Assembly: GCA_000934665.2 (NCBI GenBank)
Contig: KZ538403.1
Location: forward strand, 1-64,000
Origin: Catajapyx aquilonaris
Taxonomy: Eukaryota
Reading direction: 5' to 3'
Length of the DNA stretch: 64,000 bases
A program made the position numbers and the translations under genes. Each line of letters opens with the position of its first letter. The first letter of the stretch is position 1. Positions 1-13,800 of the stretch are shown piece by piece. The notes beneath the pieces were generated by a model. The model searched no databases and was not told the DNA's origin. It worked only from the letters and a program-made list of their open reading frames with translations.

Positions 1-3000
1 TCAACTGTACCGTTTGATATCTCTAAAACCGCATACCACCGGATCCAATTTCAAATTTTTACGCTTATCTTAATCCAGCATTCACATCTCACTAAAATTT
101 TAAATGTTTATTATTTTGTCGCTATATTATTTATTTGATCGTTGTATTCATTATTTCTTGATTGGCGAGTTATGCATTTACTTACTTTCATGAACACGCA
201 CGTGCATATTTATTTGTTTGATATTTTATGCATTTATTAATTATTTTCGCTAATTTCATTTCATTTTGATTTATTATTTGTATTATAATATGCGTGTACA
301 ATGCACACTTTCTGGCATACACGGAAATTAACATTCTATGTGTCCAGTTGCATACTTCAGTACTAAAATAATGAGCCACGTGTGTAATAAAATAAAAAAA
401 TAAAAAAACAAAATGCATTTCAGTGCATAATGTTGCGCGTTTAATCAATCAGTTAATACAAACAAGCATTTTACGCACGAAGTTGTGCAATTACGCATAC
501 CAGCTTTGCGGAGTGTACCGCCGGATCAAGTTTCAAAATTACATGTTTACCACACGGTCCTTAATTCAATCTACAACATAATTCAATATTTTTTTTAAAA
601 AAAAAATACTTGACACCATGCTGGAAAATTTTTCTCGCTATATAAAAAAAACAAGCTGTATACGTGGCGCAAATGTTCATAATGTAATTATACCTTTCCC
701 GCCAGAGCCGAAATTACTGTAACACATACGCAACACATCACGGCAGACACTAAACATGTTTCGCCGTCAAATGGCGCAACAAATCATCAAAAAAGCGCGC
801 ATCCCTCCCACCCCGTACACTCTATACCACCACCAACCATGGCCCTACCACCGCATTAATTAATTCCTCCACTTCAAAAAGGATCGGAATAACCGGCCCC
901 CATGCATGGGAGTAATTAATTTTTCCCATGTTCCGAATCACGCCTTCGAAAACGGGTTGCCTTCAACCAGAAATGTTTCCTGGGTAAAAACTACAAGCCA
1001 GTTCTGACGTCTTCATTCTGGCCTTATAGCTTCTGCTTGTCTTCGCTTCATCAATTGCACACAAAACATTTTAAACTATGCTATAGTAACATCACATAAC
1101 TGCTTTAAAAAAATTCAGATGTTGCACTTCTATTCGTAACCATTATAACCACATTATCAACAAATCATTGGCTTTTCCTGGAAAGGTGTGGGAAATTGTC
1201 TCGATTGTCCCCTAGGGCTGGGGTTTTTTTTTGCTGGAAAAATCACAATTCTTTGGAAGCAGTTACCCTTCACTAACGGGTGATAAAAAGTACAACACGA
1301 CCCGGTTTTTCGACCCATGAAAAAAAAAGAGCGACAAGTCTCGTATGTCGTGCGACGCGATAATTGCTCGTGTAATTTTACCAGGTGGCATGGGAAAACC
1401 GAAAATTGGATTTCGAGGCTGTGCAACACATGCACTGTATTTCACCTGCCAGGGCATGATCCCCACATACTGTGCCATTAAAACCGCGCGGAAAAACTCC
1501 ACCCAAACCGCTAATTAAGCCTTGATGAACTTGTCTCCTGGCCAAACATATTGACATACACACGGCAAATTTTTTTGGGACGTCTCCACTTGGCGTCGGC
1601 TTCCAAACTTGTCTCCCACGAAGTCATTTTTGGGGTGGATGGGCGGGGTGAAGAGTTCCAAAAAAATATATATATGGCCCGGTTTTTTTTATGTAAAAAA
1701 AATACTTATAGTGAGACACCCAAAAAGTTGGCTTCCAAGCGAGGGCAGAAAGACAAAACTGATCTTTCAAAAGTGGAAACAGGATGTTCGCTTTGGAGGC
1801 TGTGACAAATGTCCCTCTTTCTCTCTCGAAAAAAAAAAAAAACTTCCTCTGGCCCCAGATGCTGTTTGCATGTACGCGAGAGGACGAAGAATAGGCAGCC
1901 TTCACTAGGGGAATCACGTGCGATTGCACTTGAAACAATGGGCCTGCAGTGTAGGGTACGACGGGGAAAAGTGGACTTTTATTCGCGAGTCATTAGGGAC
2001 AGGGACGGGACAAGTGGAGCTGTACGAATGACGCACGTCCACTGGCTTATCTTCGGAATCTTCCAGAATTTTGCGTGATCCTTACACATATTGGGGCGCA
2101 TCTAGACGGAAAGGTAAAATAATATTACTGCGGTTATTGCATGCACCGATAGAATCCACCTCCAAAAAATCGCAAAATCTTGCACGCTACTCTTTGAATA
2201 TTTCGCTAAACTCTTAAAAAATTTATGATATCATTCTAGGTCATGCCCTTTCATCAGCTACATATCAGATTGGACGAATGTCAAAAATAACAATATTCAA
2301 ACTGAAATATTAGTAACAACTATTATTCTTCCCAATTGACAAAATTAACCATTATCATCAAGTGTGCTCGAGTTTAATCCTGCAAGTTATGTGACCAACT
2401 TGGCTCACATTTCCACCGCGAAGTGCGGGACTCAGGGGCAAATCCAAGGCAAATCTTCTCGGAACCCAATCGTTGGGGCTGTAATCATTGCACCGACCTA
2501 AATATAAAGAGTGGAAGGGAGAGGATAGAGAGTTAAACCCCCCTAGGCCCTGAGCAAAGTAACCCCCCTTAGAGGACTCTGATTCGACTCATTAGCATAA
2601 GGGTCGACTTCCTTTGCATTGCAAACAATTGGAGCTCGCGAGCACACGTAAGAGCGAAAATGCTTGGGCTAGGGACCGTACTGGTGACAGGATGATTGTT
2701 AAGGCCATGTTTGAGAGACTCACAATTGACCCTTTCGAGGGAAGACGGTGCTGTAGCCAAAGGGGTTGGGTCCGTCCTCCTCGATTCCAAGCCATGTTTG
2801 CCAATGGACAAGCTAAGCGGAAGAGCAGCTCCCATATTGACTAAAAGAGCTGAGGGTTTAGTCTCCCTTTGCTGATCAAGGAATTCAACTCAGGCGATTC
2901 AAACTTTCCTATCCTAGATTGGTCTGGACTTGATTTCAATTGCACTGTAAGGATCGTTTGCGCAATGGGCTCACAATACCGGCGTAACTGCGTGAATTGG

Positions 3001-6000
3001 CCAATTTGAAGAGTGGGGGACAAGTCCTTGGGAGATCTATTTCGGACCGCTTTTTGACAGCTAACAAATTGCATCGCGATTACATAGGAGAGGATGTTCA
3101 ACGTATGAGCAACGCCATTGAGCAATTCATGTAAATAAGTTATTCATATATGACAAACTGTAATTTATTTTGCTTAATTAATTACTAGCACGTCACTGTG
3201 TGTGCGTCACGTTGGATGTGGATTGGAACATATTCATTTTCGGCTTCCTATCACAAAATATCAAAAATATCTATCACCACCTTTCGAGTCAAAGAAATGT
3301 GGGGGGGTCAAGCACCTGGGATATTTGCCCCCCAACCCCCCTTTCTCGGCCCCTGTCAAGCAGAAAACCAGCAGATCGTAAATCAGTGGAGGGTTGGAAG
3401 GGGGCAGGAGGTGCAGCACCTGCCAAAGCCGGCTAAGGTAAAGTATTCCGTCGACACACTCCAACCACGAGAAAAAGAGCTAGCACAATGTCATTTTTAT
3501 AATCCCTTTTCATATATGCAATAAACACCGACAAAAATTTCGCAACTTTTATACCGTATGTAGATTACATAATGCAGTACCGCTGCGCAAATGAAAAATG
3601 ACGGTGATATGAAGGGGGCCTGCCAAAATTAGCTGTTTTCTATCCGGTATCCAACAATTGAGGACCGAAATTGCCGCGGGGGCCCCCCCATACACTAGAA
3701 AGGTTCCTGACAATGCGGGGCCGGCATCAATTGATAATGGACCGAGTTTAGTCAGTGTCACGTTGAGGAAAATCCCGCTCAAGACACAAATCCCCGGATC
3801 CTTTTCATTCGCTGAGCCCCGAGATTTTTCCCGTTCCAGCCTGGGCTGACAAGAGCATTAATTAAGGCACCCACTGAGGAGGGTATCTTCCTCTTGGTTT
3901 TTCGGAGAGAAAAAAAGTCCTCGTGGACCCGCCATGTATAGGCAAAGTGGTGGGTTCGTAAGCGCAGCCGCTGCTAAATCGAGGGAGACCGTGAGAAATG
4001 GGAGCAACGTGCGGGGTTAACTAAGCTGAAATCCAAACCGCAGGGTTTCCCTCAACGTTACAAATTGCTCTGGCTTGCCCGGACCCTGCTACGTTTCATC
4101 AGAAGGGCAGATAGTACGGTTAATTGTTAACAGGAGTCATCTAAAGGCAAATTGGGTTGAAATAAACATGTAAAATTTTGTGGCCAGAGAACATCTTGGT
4201 TGTATTCATAATGGATTAGTTTGTCTCGGGCGGCGGTAATGTCGTGAATGTCAAATGAGTTTTGTTCCCTCTCAACTCCTGAACATCTCTCAGCATCACC
4301 CCTTTTCCTGTTTTCATTGGTGCAGAACCCGACAAAACAAGTCACAAGCTGCTAACTCCAATTCCACGTACAGAGGGTTTCTCCCTTAAAATGATGACAC
4401 AATGACAGGAAGAAGGCTTTTTTCCGTAAATCCGTTAAAATCCACAACAATAGAAAGGACTCATTTTGCATGCAGTATTGTCGCTCGTACTTTTTTTTTC
4501 CATCCGCATTTTCAGGTGTGCTCCACAAGTCCCTGACACTGCCCCATAAATCAAAGGGGACGAGACCTGGCCATTCGTTCCATGTTCCATGTGCTAATGA
4601 AACCCTCTCATTTTCAGGAAAAAAGCCCTGTTTCTTCTGGTAACAACCGCCCATCAATCACGACTCTGAATGTAAATGTTCGTGGTGCGTGTGGCTTCAT
4701 CCTGGCAGTTTGAATAATGAACACGTGCTTCCAGCTCTACTTGCAACTCGTGAAAAATCCCAGTCCCCAGGTTCGGGTTCAAGCGCGATCCACCCCCGCA
4801 CAACTGTATGTTCAGGGGGACTACTGCGATTAATTGTAGCCTCCAAAATCCAAAGTTGCGCAAAAAAATGGCCGCCACGCTTATACTATGTTTGATAGAT
4901 GGCGGGGTCGTCAACACGCGCTCTATCGGATGGTTTTATAAGTTATCGCACTTGGGTACTTTTCATCCTTGCATGATGCAACTCAACACTTACCTGGATG
5001 AGGAGAGTTGGCCATGCTGGTGTTGTGGTCCACTTGCTCTTGAAATGCAGCCAAAGCCAGTATGCGCGCCATGTTGTCAGGCAGCATCATCTGCAAAAAG
5101 GAAGTTGGCGGTCAGTTTCACTAGAAGAAGAAGTGTTGTTTGCGGTGATCTGCACCTTTTCGCAGAAACCGCAATTAACCAGAAATATATGACACATGAC
5201 CGAAAACATTCTGTTTACAAATATGCAAATGTTGGGTTACTTTCCCCGGGAAGCTTCTGGCGAATATCTGTTCAAGGAAAATTGGATAATAAAAACTCGC
5301 GGGGCGCAAATTAGCATGATAAAAAGGGAGTGAAATGGGATATGTTTCCCCCAAGAGCTGAATTTTAAGCGTGGCCTTGGTCGATTGGAACTTGGGGCAA
5401 CCAACTAACTAGAATATTGCGGATCTGACTATATGTTTTTTTTACATATATAGAGCATACACCATGAGAGGATAAATCACACCTTCTCATTATTCACGTC
5501 GTCTTCCCGTTCTTGATAATTATTCCTGGAAGGCGATTTGAACAAGACATGTGACCGGCGCCAGGAAGGACCTAAACGCACAACAACCTGATAAGCAGGA
5601 TCTCATTAATGCTTTATCACACTTTATTTCCATCCTCTACACAGTTTCAAGTCAGTTCCAAGCATCGCAATGAATCCGTTGTTCTCCGTATAAAAATTAT
5701 TTGTCACGATAAAATTCGTGACCGTGTGTGACACTAGGACGTGGCATTAATTGCCAATAGTTTGATCTAGTCACGATCTGGCCACCTCTCATTAGAGGAC
5801 TTGCCCTCTAACCCTCTGCACATGACCAGCTTTTTAGAAGAAAAAAAAGGGGGTGAAATAATGAATGTTTTTCACATTCTCTATACATATTAAGCTCGAT
5901 GAAGGTCAAATGCAAAGCTACTTCTTATCTGCAAACTAGTTTTCAGTATTATGGAGAGTGGAGAGACTCTAAAAGGCGTGGTGCGGATAGGAGGAAAACC

Positions 6001-9000
6001 AGTCCTGCCGCCTGCACGACCCCAAAGGGGGTATTTTCTTGACAACAGAAATGGAAAGAGAAGGATGGTTCGAAAAAGAAAAAAATAATGCAAAAATTTC
6101 TAGGGCCCGTCATCTGCATTTGCGATAAACATGCCAAACGTGCTGATTCCTCAATCGCAAAAATTTGCGTGTGGGAGACATGGACCTGCTGTTTCTCCTG
6201 GATGCATCTGGAATGTCAATAGGGTGGTTTTTGGGTAGTGATAAAAGCTGTGCCCCTTAGGCTGTACCGCACATTGGCCTAAGTACGGGGTTCTAAAAAA
6301 GATGGGGGAAGAATCGGTAGAAGAAGTGTTTGTTCGGTGTGCGCGCGACTTCTTCCGCTTCCCACTCGACAACTTCTCGCATTCTTCATTTTACGACCAA
6401 GTGGCGTCAAAAACGACCTCTTGAATTCCCTCGATACCGGTATAACTCCTGGCTTGAATTTCAAAGACACGTAAAAAAGGCAGTCAATGACCTCCTAGAG
6501 TCCATTTCGCCCAACACCTCCCAGCCAAATTTCCATCTTCCTCACATGGGTGTGTGTGTGTGAATTGTATATGAACATCACTCTTGCCACGTTACATTCT
6601 TCTTTTTTTTCATTTTCTTTCCTTGCTTTGTCATTTAGCGGATGTTTTGCAAGTAAGATAAACCGCTAGACGCCCGTTCTTAGGATTCTCGCGCAGCACA
6701 CAGATGGATCTTGGGGAGATGTCAGGAGAGTAAAAGGGACAAAACTGTGGAATGCTGCTTTCACAGGCCTACTTTCATACGGTGGCAGCAGGAAACGGAG
6801 GTGAAGATATGCCCCAGGAATTTTTGCTGCGCCAAATTAGGATTGGCCCAGCATGGAGTGTATAGTGGCGCAATTTTTATGTCAGCCCTGCCCATTGATT
6901 CATTGCTCTTTCTCTGTACAGAGAGGGGGGACTCCCTGCCACGTTTGTCATCAACCGCTTAAAATAACAGTTTGGACCGAATTTGCTCAGATCCGGTTTA
7001 TTTTCTGCTACGATATTAAAATCCTGCGTTGTTTTCGCGACGATTGTCCCCGTTCTGCGTCTGCGCAATGGGGGAGGCAGCGCCTCTGGTGGATGAGAGG
7101 ATGAACTAGTATTTACATAAATATGTATTCATTTTATTGCCGAATGCATGATAATTGAGTGTGGTTATGCAATTAGGCCAGAATGGTTGACCTTTCATTG
7201 AAGCAGAGCGGTAATGCACGTGATCAATTCCTAGTTAACCATCCGTAGCATAACCACGCCAGTTGATTCCGTCGTAAAAAAAACGGCGCAAGTCGAAAAA
7301 TTGAGACAGCAGACCTTTTCCTCCGGATCCGAGATGATCTGAGGGCCACCTGCGTCTCTAAATTGCTTCCATTCAGGCCGTCACACGAGGGAAACATGGT
7401 AATCGGTCAATCACAGACCACCGAGACCAGTCCCCGACGACAAGGTAATAGGCCAACTTCCTGCTTCCGTCACCCTCCAAAAAATCAAATCCATCAAAAT
7501 GGCGCTTTGCTTTCCATCCCAAAATGGCGCGAACACGTGCCTGCATAAGGCTGTCAGACTTAATTTTCCGTCAGGTTAAGGACACTGGCTGCGTTGATGG
7601 GGGTCTCCGCAATTCTATTGTCTCATCTTTCCTTATTTGCACATAATGGATCATCTTTTCCTCATCCCTTTTTCTTTTTTGAAGAGCTGAGGAACCTCAA
7701 TCGATCTGGCGCCTGGTTGAATATTTATGGTGAAAAAACGAAGAGGGGGGTCCCCCACCTTGGTTGGATTTTTCAGGTGAAAAAGCGCGAGTCTCGCGCC
7801 ATTTGTCTCGAGTCCCCGTGACAGACATGTCGACAAATTGAGTTTGGATGGTGGAAACGGAATCCTCTGGGTTTTTTTCTTCCGGGTTTGCGGGCAACTG
7901 GGAAAGTCCCAGTTTATTCTGCATGAGCAACCTGCCTCCTTCTTGAAGAAGACGTTAAAAAAAATATCCTTGGTTGTGATGGGAATGATGACAGGCCACC
8001 AAGAAGCGGCCTACTTGGCCATTCCTCCTCTTCTAGATAATGTTTCAAGTAAAAGTAAGAATAGTGGTGTGGCGTCTGTATCAACAATGCTGCCATCTAT
8101 TAACAATATTCCGACCGTATCGTGCCAATTGCTGCCATCTGCTGGCCACATGATAACGGTGGCCGCATCTATTGCCCAACATATGGCCTTCCGTTTCGTC
8201 ATACAAAATAGCACAATGAGCCTCTGGCCAGTCTTGCGGTTCCAACAAACCGATGATTTATGACCATATCTGGTGGAACACACAAAGAAGATTCTTCTTC
8301 CCAGCAGGCCAATCCCCGGATCGAGCCGTTTCCCCATTTGGCTCCAGTTGGTCTCCGGATTACCAGACCCACTTCCGCCTGTACTGTAGGAAATCCTCTT
8401 AAACGTTTTTTTCCCCGGGGTGGCGGGGGCTGGGGAAAAGCTGGGGGTCCATCCTGCACATTTCAGAGCGACTTGTTGAAGGACAAGATTTGCTGAGGTC
8501 CACCTAAAACGGTCTGTTTATCCCCCCCTTAGTTCTTTATCTGAGTTACGTAACTTGCATTGTGTATGTCAACCTTGGAAAGTGAAGTTAAGCTGCAGAT
8601 ATGAAGTCCTCCATCATTTGCTTGAAACACCCCGAATTAAGCGGTATAGCCAAGGGCATTCAGAGGACTTCTGAATAAACCCACGGATCTCACCTTACCA
8701 ATTTTTTTTTGTATCTATATACGGGGAAAAAAATAGGGGGAACATGTTGGGGGGAGGAGGAATTTCAAAACCCCGCAGTTTCCGAAATGGAAAAGTCGGT
8801 CCTCCTACTGAGTCCGTGACGCTTCTGACAAAACACAGAGGCTCTTTTAGTTTCCACAGCCAACTGATTTATCATCTGGGACTTTTCTGTAACTTCGCAC
8901 AAAAAAAAGGTGGACAACACCTACAAAAAATAATAAGATGAAGGTGCATTCCTTTTGGTTTTTCCAAGACGGACCCGGATTTTTTGGAAGGTTTTTCAAC

Positions 9001-10088
9001 TATTCTTTTCTATAGGAAAAGGGGGCCAGATTTTTTTTTTTTAACTATTGCCTTCTTTCCCTCGACACCTCAAAAGGATTTTTGGAGTTCCCCTGCGGTC
9101 CAAGCTCTTTGTGTCACACACATGCCTCAAGATTTGGATTAATCTCAGCCCCGCGCAAACAGGCGCCAACTGAATTTCTAGAATTGATTTATTAAACAAT
9201 GAGGGGAAAAGACCAATATTGTCGGCTCGTAATTTAATCTGCTCTTCCTTGTTTCCTCAAAACGGAAGCTGAGGCGACAATTGCGGGGAGGGAAAACATG
9301 CGACATTTGACTAAGGGGGAAATTCCGCATTGCCGTAATCACTCTATGAATAACTACATTTTTCTATCCCTTTCACTAAACCGGACACGCCATTTTTCCC
9401 CTCACGATTCTTAGATGAATTATTTTAATCGTCGCAGAAACGTGTATTCTACACCTGAACAGATAAACCGATTATCTATGGATTGTAATTTTATCTGACT
9501 CATGGCCACACAATCGAGTAAAAAAAAAACTAGCACCAAACTATCCTGAAGTAAAGATGACAGGGCGTGTAATTCAGGGAGCCGAGATTTGCGAGGTCGC
9601 CCCTGCAAAAACAAGACTCCCAAATCCACTTCCAAAATAGGGAAGAAAGTCATCAGTATGTCCCAGTTGAAACCTACATGTTATGTGTTGCTGGTCTGGA
9701 CTTGGAAATTTCAAAGTTTTACTGCCGTGGCAAGAGTGAAACTACGTTGTGTATAGTTAGGATTGCATGTCTGCTACATCACCGCGACGTGACTTATTAA
9801 TTACACTTCTCCAAAGGCGAGCCAGCTGCCTTTTGTGCTTGAAATGGCCGCGTCTGTGCCTGTTAGCCCAACCATGGAAACGGTCCATTACAGGTGAAAT
9901 TACACCCTACTTTTGTCCATTCGCGAAAATAACGGGGTACTGTGTTGCCATATGGACCAAAAGGTCCGGTTCATACCATCTTTTCTTTTAAGAAGCTTTA
10001 ATGCCAATTCGATCATTTCTATGTTCATGTACAGTAGTCGAAAACGACCGTTAACGGACAGAGCCTCGAGGGAGAGGGTCTCCAATTC

Positions 10089-10263
10089 TGACGTCACGCT
10101 CGACTCCGATTGGATGCAGCCAGAAGAGCTATACTACTCTAGCCAATCGGAGTCGACCGTGACGTCACAGCCGGCCACTGTTTCCATAGCAACGCAAGAT
10201 GGCGGCCTCCAGAGGGCGCACAAACAATAATCACTCCAGCCAATCAAAGACGACGTGACGTAA
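10089..10263. promoter_or_regulatory. Dense motif module: inverted pair of CRE+CCAAT units, RFX X-box, YY1/Pho, CTCF-like site, third CCAAT+CRE-like unit
   Basis: TGACGTCA at 10089 and 10160; ATTGG 10109 and CCAAT 10143, 10240; GTTTCCATAGCAAC 10180-10193; CAAGATGGCGGC 10195-10206; CCTCCAGAGGGCGC 10206-10219; TGACGTAA 10256-10263. Function is inferred. Confidence 0.6.
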
Positions 10264-10381
10264 AATGTTGGCGACTCTCTCCGGCTAGAGCCTCTTTATT
10301 AACGGTAATTGGGTGCCCCTTAGACACACGCGGTTTGCCAGTTCGGTTTTCGACATTTCTAGTACGAAATACATGACTCAC

Positions 10382-10839
10382 CTGTCTCGGTGGTGCCCCT
10401 AGGAGCGAATTAGGGGACAACCCCGCCGCTGCCATCTTTCCCATGGTGTCAGCAGCCGCCTTGGACGCCTGCTGCATCGCATAGAGGCCGTCGTGGTGGT
10501 GACCTCCGAGGGCAGACAACCCCGGTTGTTGTTGGGTTGATGGTTGGGGGCTGGGACTGTTGGTGCTCTTGGGCGTGTGGGGGGTCCTCGGAGGAGTCGG
10601 TGGTTGCGCGGGAGGAGTGGCCGCTGAAGAGGACGAGGAAGTGGTTGGGATGGTGCCTGGGCGTGGTGGGCTGCTACTTGAGGATGGTTGCTGCTGACTT
10701 GGAGGTTGGTGCGCCGAAGAGTACGGTGGGTAGTGTTGGTGCAGGTGCTGGTGAAGGTGGGGCGGAAGAGACGCCATCTGAAGGCTGGACAGCCCTGGGA
10801 TCATGCCTTTGCCCGAAGAGAACGTCTCCAGGATTTTCC
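10382..10839 (-). CDS. cas: Coding exon C (458 nt, phase 1-0) of the same gene; Pro/Ser/Gln/His-rich low-complexity region (G)KILETFSSGKGMIPGLSSLQMASLPPHLHQH...GAPPRQ
   Basis: Within ORF 10244-10942(-). Acceptor atattttttctgttgtttcag|GG at 10840/10839; donor CAG|GTGAGT at 10382/10381. Joining to exon B gives in-frame ...PIANFASGKILETF..., and the composition is typical of TF disordered regions. The gene continues past position 1 or in exons too small to recognise. Confidence 0.85.
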
Positions 10840-13800
10840 CTGAAACAACAGAAAAAATATTCAAATGTAGTAAAATTACCGGCCAGATAGCATCGAATGG
10901 CTGTCTAATATTTTTGGTTTTATTATACGCAGGGTTTCGCATATTCGGTGGGGGGGGGGGGGACTAAATGAACTTGGGTCCACTATGGGACCGCAGAACA
11001 GCGCGATATGTGATAGAAAAGGTCAGCCAAGATGGTCACTCCGCGCCGCAATTTCCTAGTTTAATCGTTACAATTAACCTATCACTCGGGGGGATCTAAC
11101 TGGGAAACTGAAACATTACCCCAATTATATCCCCCCAGACGGCGTGGGAGATAGCAACCTGAGTGCCACGGAAAATTCATTTCGCTTCGGCCGTAAAAAG
11201 AGTAAGGTTTTTTTTTTTTCCATATTTCGGGAACCACTATCTCTTTTGCATCCGACATTTAATAGATGGTTTTTCCCCATACCGAACGAGGACGCCGGGA
11301 ATTATGTAATTTTTACCATCATATAGGTTAGAACGTGATGGGTTCTCCCTATCCAATAGTTCCAAGGGAAGCTCCGGGATGGGTGTAATAAAGTCACGTT
11401 TCCTTTGACCGTGACAACCGATCACGAAGGAAAAGTTGCTGAGCCACTAGAATAGCTACACTGAATCTTTCCAATAGTGACATTCATCTCTAGGAAAAAA
11501 AAATGTTCCATTTCCAGAAAGAAGCTGGGGAGGACCTCCCACACCGAAGTAAAAAAGCGTGCATTCCTCCAGTCTGGCTCAGATTATGGTATATTTCCAC
11601 TCCCCATGCCTCCATCATTATCCTTTTCACTCCTTTCTCCTCAAGCTGGGGTAATTCCACTACAAAAGATGGAATTTTTTTCCAGTCCCTTCCTTAGAAT
11701 AACATCTCGCGGTTGGACTTTGTAAATCGGCCCAACACCGACCATGGAGAACCGAAAAAAAAGCTGAGTAGAAATGCCACCTAACGAGACGATGTGTGAT
11801 CATCCACGATGAAAAATGGTCCAAATGTGCTTCTTACTAAATCCCTAATTGAGTGAGATTCCAGAAGAGGAAAAAGCCTCATCATCCCAAACGACGGGTC
11901 GTCCATGCCTATCAATGGAAACATTTTTTTTGTGTGTACTCAATTTCAAATATATTTTTTTGTGCACAATGTTGACTAGAAGTTGGAATAATACCCTGAC
12001 AGACAGTATGTTAAGCAAGTCTTAAGTAGACAGCACCTTGTCGACTCGAACATGTAACACGACAGATTTTTACTTTGAAAAACCTCCCCAAAAAAAAGTT
12101 TTGAAGAAAAGTTTACCTAACTTGCCAGCTGTTGATGGCAGGAAATCGTGTTTTTGGGCCCCCAAAAGGTTAGGCGATTCTAAACTTCCGCCTGAGAAAA
12201 CAAGTATAGCGCACCTGGCTCACGAACAACGTGGCTTACACGCTACTTGACCTTCAGGAGCAATGTTTGCTCGTTTACAACAATAAAAAATTTCCCATGT
12301 TGGGCCCAATAATATTCGCTTCATTTTTGGAGGAGCCACAAAAACGGGACGCCCTGCGCCTTTCTCGAGAAAAATCGTGACCAAGATGGAGAGCAAAAGC
12401 TCGACCCAAGCAAAAGTGAGGGAATTCCATCATCCATTCCACTTCATCATCATCATTATCCGCCCACCAAAGCCCTGCAAACGCCTCAGACAGCACGCAT
12501 TCCTTTCCATGCTTATAAAAGTTGGAACTCGAAAAACACCGGGGTTAAAGTGTCCACTCATCACATTTCCAATAACTGACCCCCAAAAAGTAGAGACCAC
12601 GCACATCATTATTCTTCATAAGGTACTGTGTAACCAACGTTGTTTTAACAGGACTGCGATATGCGGATGCTTATTTTTGTACCTCTCACGGTGCTAATTA
12701 GAAAGGCGTGTCCACTTTTGATTGCATAAGCGACGCCATTGCATATACCCCTCCAGCAACCAGAATGGAAGGTCTGTAACCGCATTTTCAGTACAAAAAT
12801 TTCAAGGTTTGCATTCATACAATTGTTTGCTACATTAATTGCAATTTTTTTTGACTATTTCAAACAGGCCTACCAATCGTCCTATTAATTTCACCTCTCA
12901 TCCCACCTGTTGATCACCACATTTCGTGACGCTCGTTCGACTCGCACCGCTTCAAGAATCCTTATCCACAAAAAAAATTTTTTAAGGGGGTCCAAATATT
13001 TCAAGAGGGGTCGCACCTGTTTCGCCAAAGTCGAAGACCTGCGCAAATAATGACTGTTAAGCCCTGAAGCCCTGGACAGAAGGGGGTAACAACTTAGGTT
13101 CTTCCCGGATCCGCAAATAGCCCAAAGGACCCTGCAGGTAAAAGCCAGTGGCCGAATCAGGAAGTGTAACCTGAGATGACCGCACCTGTCGCCTCTATAC
13201 CGGTACTTTTTTTTAAATTAATTTTTTATTATTTATTTTCAAACACCGCATCTGAAGAATATTAATGGCCATTTTGTCTCTCACTAATTTCAACTATGTA
13301 GCTCTCAGTTTGGAAATGGTAGCAATGCGGCAAGTCCAGCACCAAAAATGTGTTGGCCTCCAGGCAACTCCCCCCCAAAAAAGTAGATGCTGCGGATGTC
13401 ATAAGTCAACCGGACGCCAACCTCGGCGTCTCGGGACACTTTTCTCCGCGCCAATTTATCGGAGTGGGGACCTAGACGCGACTGACATTACAGTAGCAGT
13501 GTCCGCCACATATTTTCGAGTAAAAAAAAAGTGGACTGGAATGGTTGATTTTTTCGAAAGCGCGTGTCCCGAGCAGCCCGTATTCGGTCCCTAATGACAA
13601 ATCAAATCGCCATCTTATTTTCTTTAGCGGCTGATTAGCGTCGGAATCGGGGCTTTGAAAATAGTATCGAACCGTGGCGATAAATTCGGAGCTGGTCACT
13701 TTTACTAGGGGACCATAACTTGCGAGTGGGGCTGTCGACATCTGGAATTCTTGCTTTGGGCGGGAATACACAAAAAGAGAGCAAAAAATGTGGAGATAAA

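Noticed and set aside
35..540. Imperfect direct repeat TACC(A/G)CCGGATC(C/A)A(A/G)TTTCAAA at about 35 and 516
   Set aside because: Real similarity but short, at the window edge and not interpretable; probably part of a decayed repeat.
4808..5314. 168-aa Cys-containing plus-strand ORF
   Set aside because: No recognisable domain or coding-like composition; the length is compatible with chance.
10537..10890. Plus-strand 117-aa ORF
   Set aside because: Antisense shadow of exon C.
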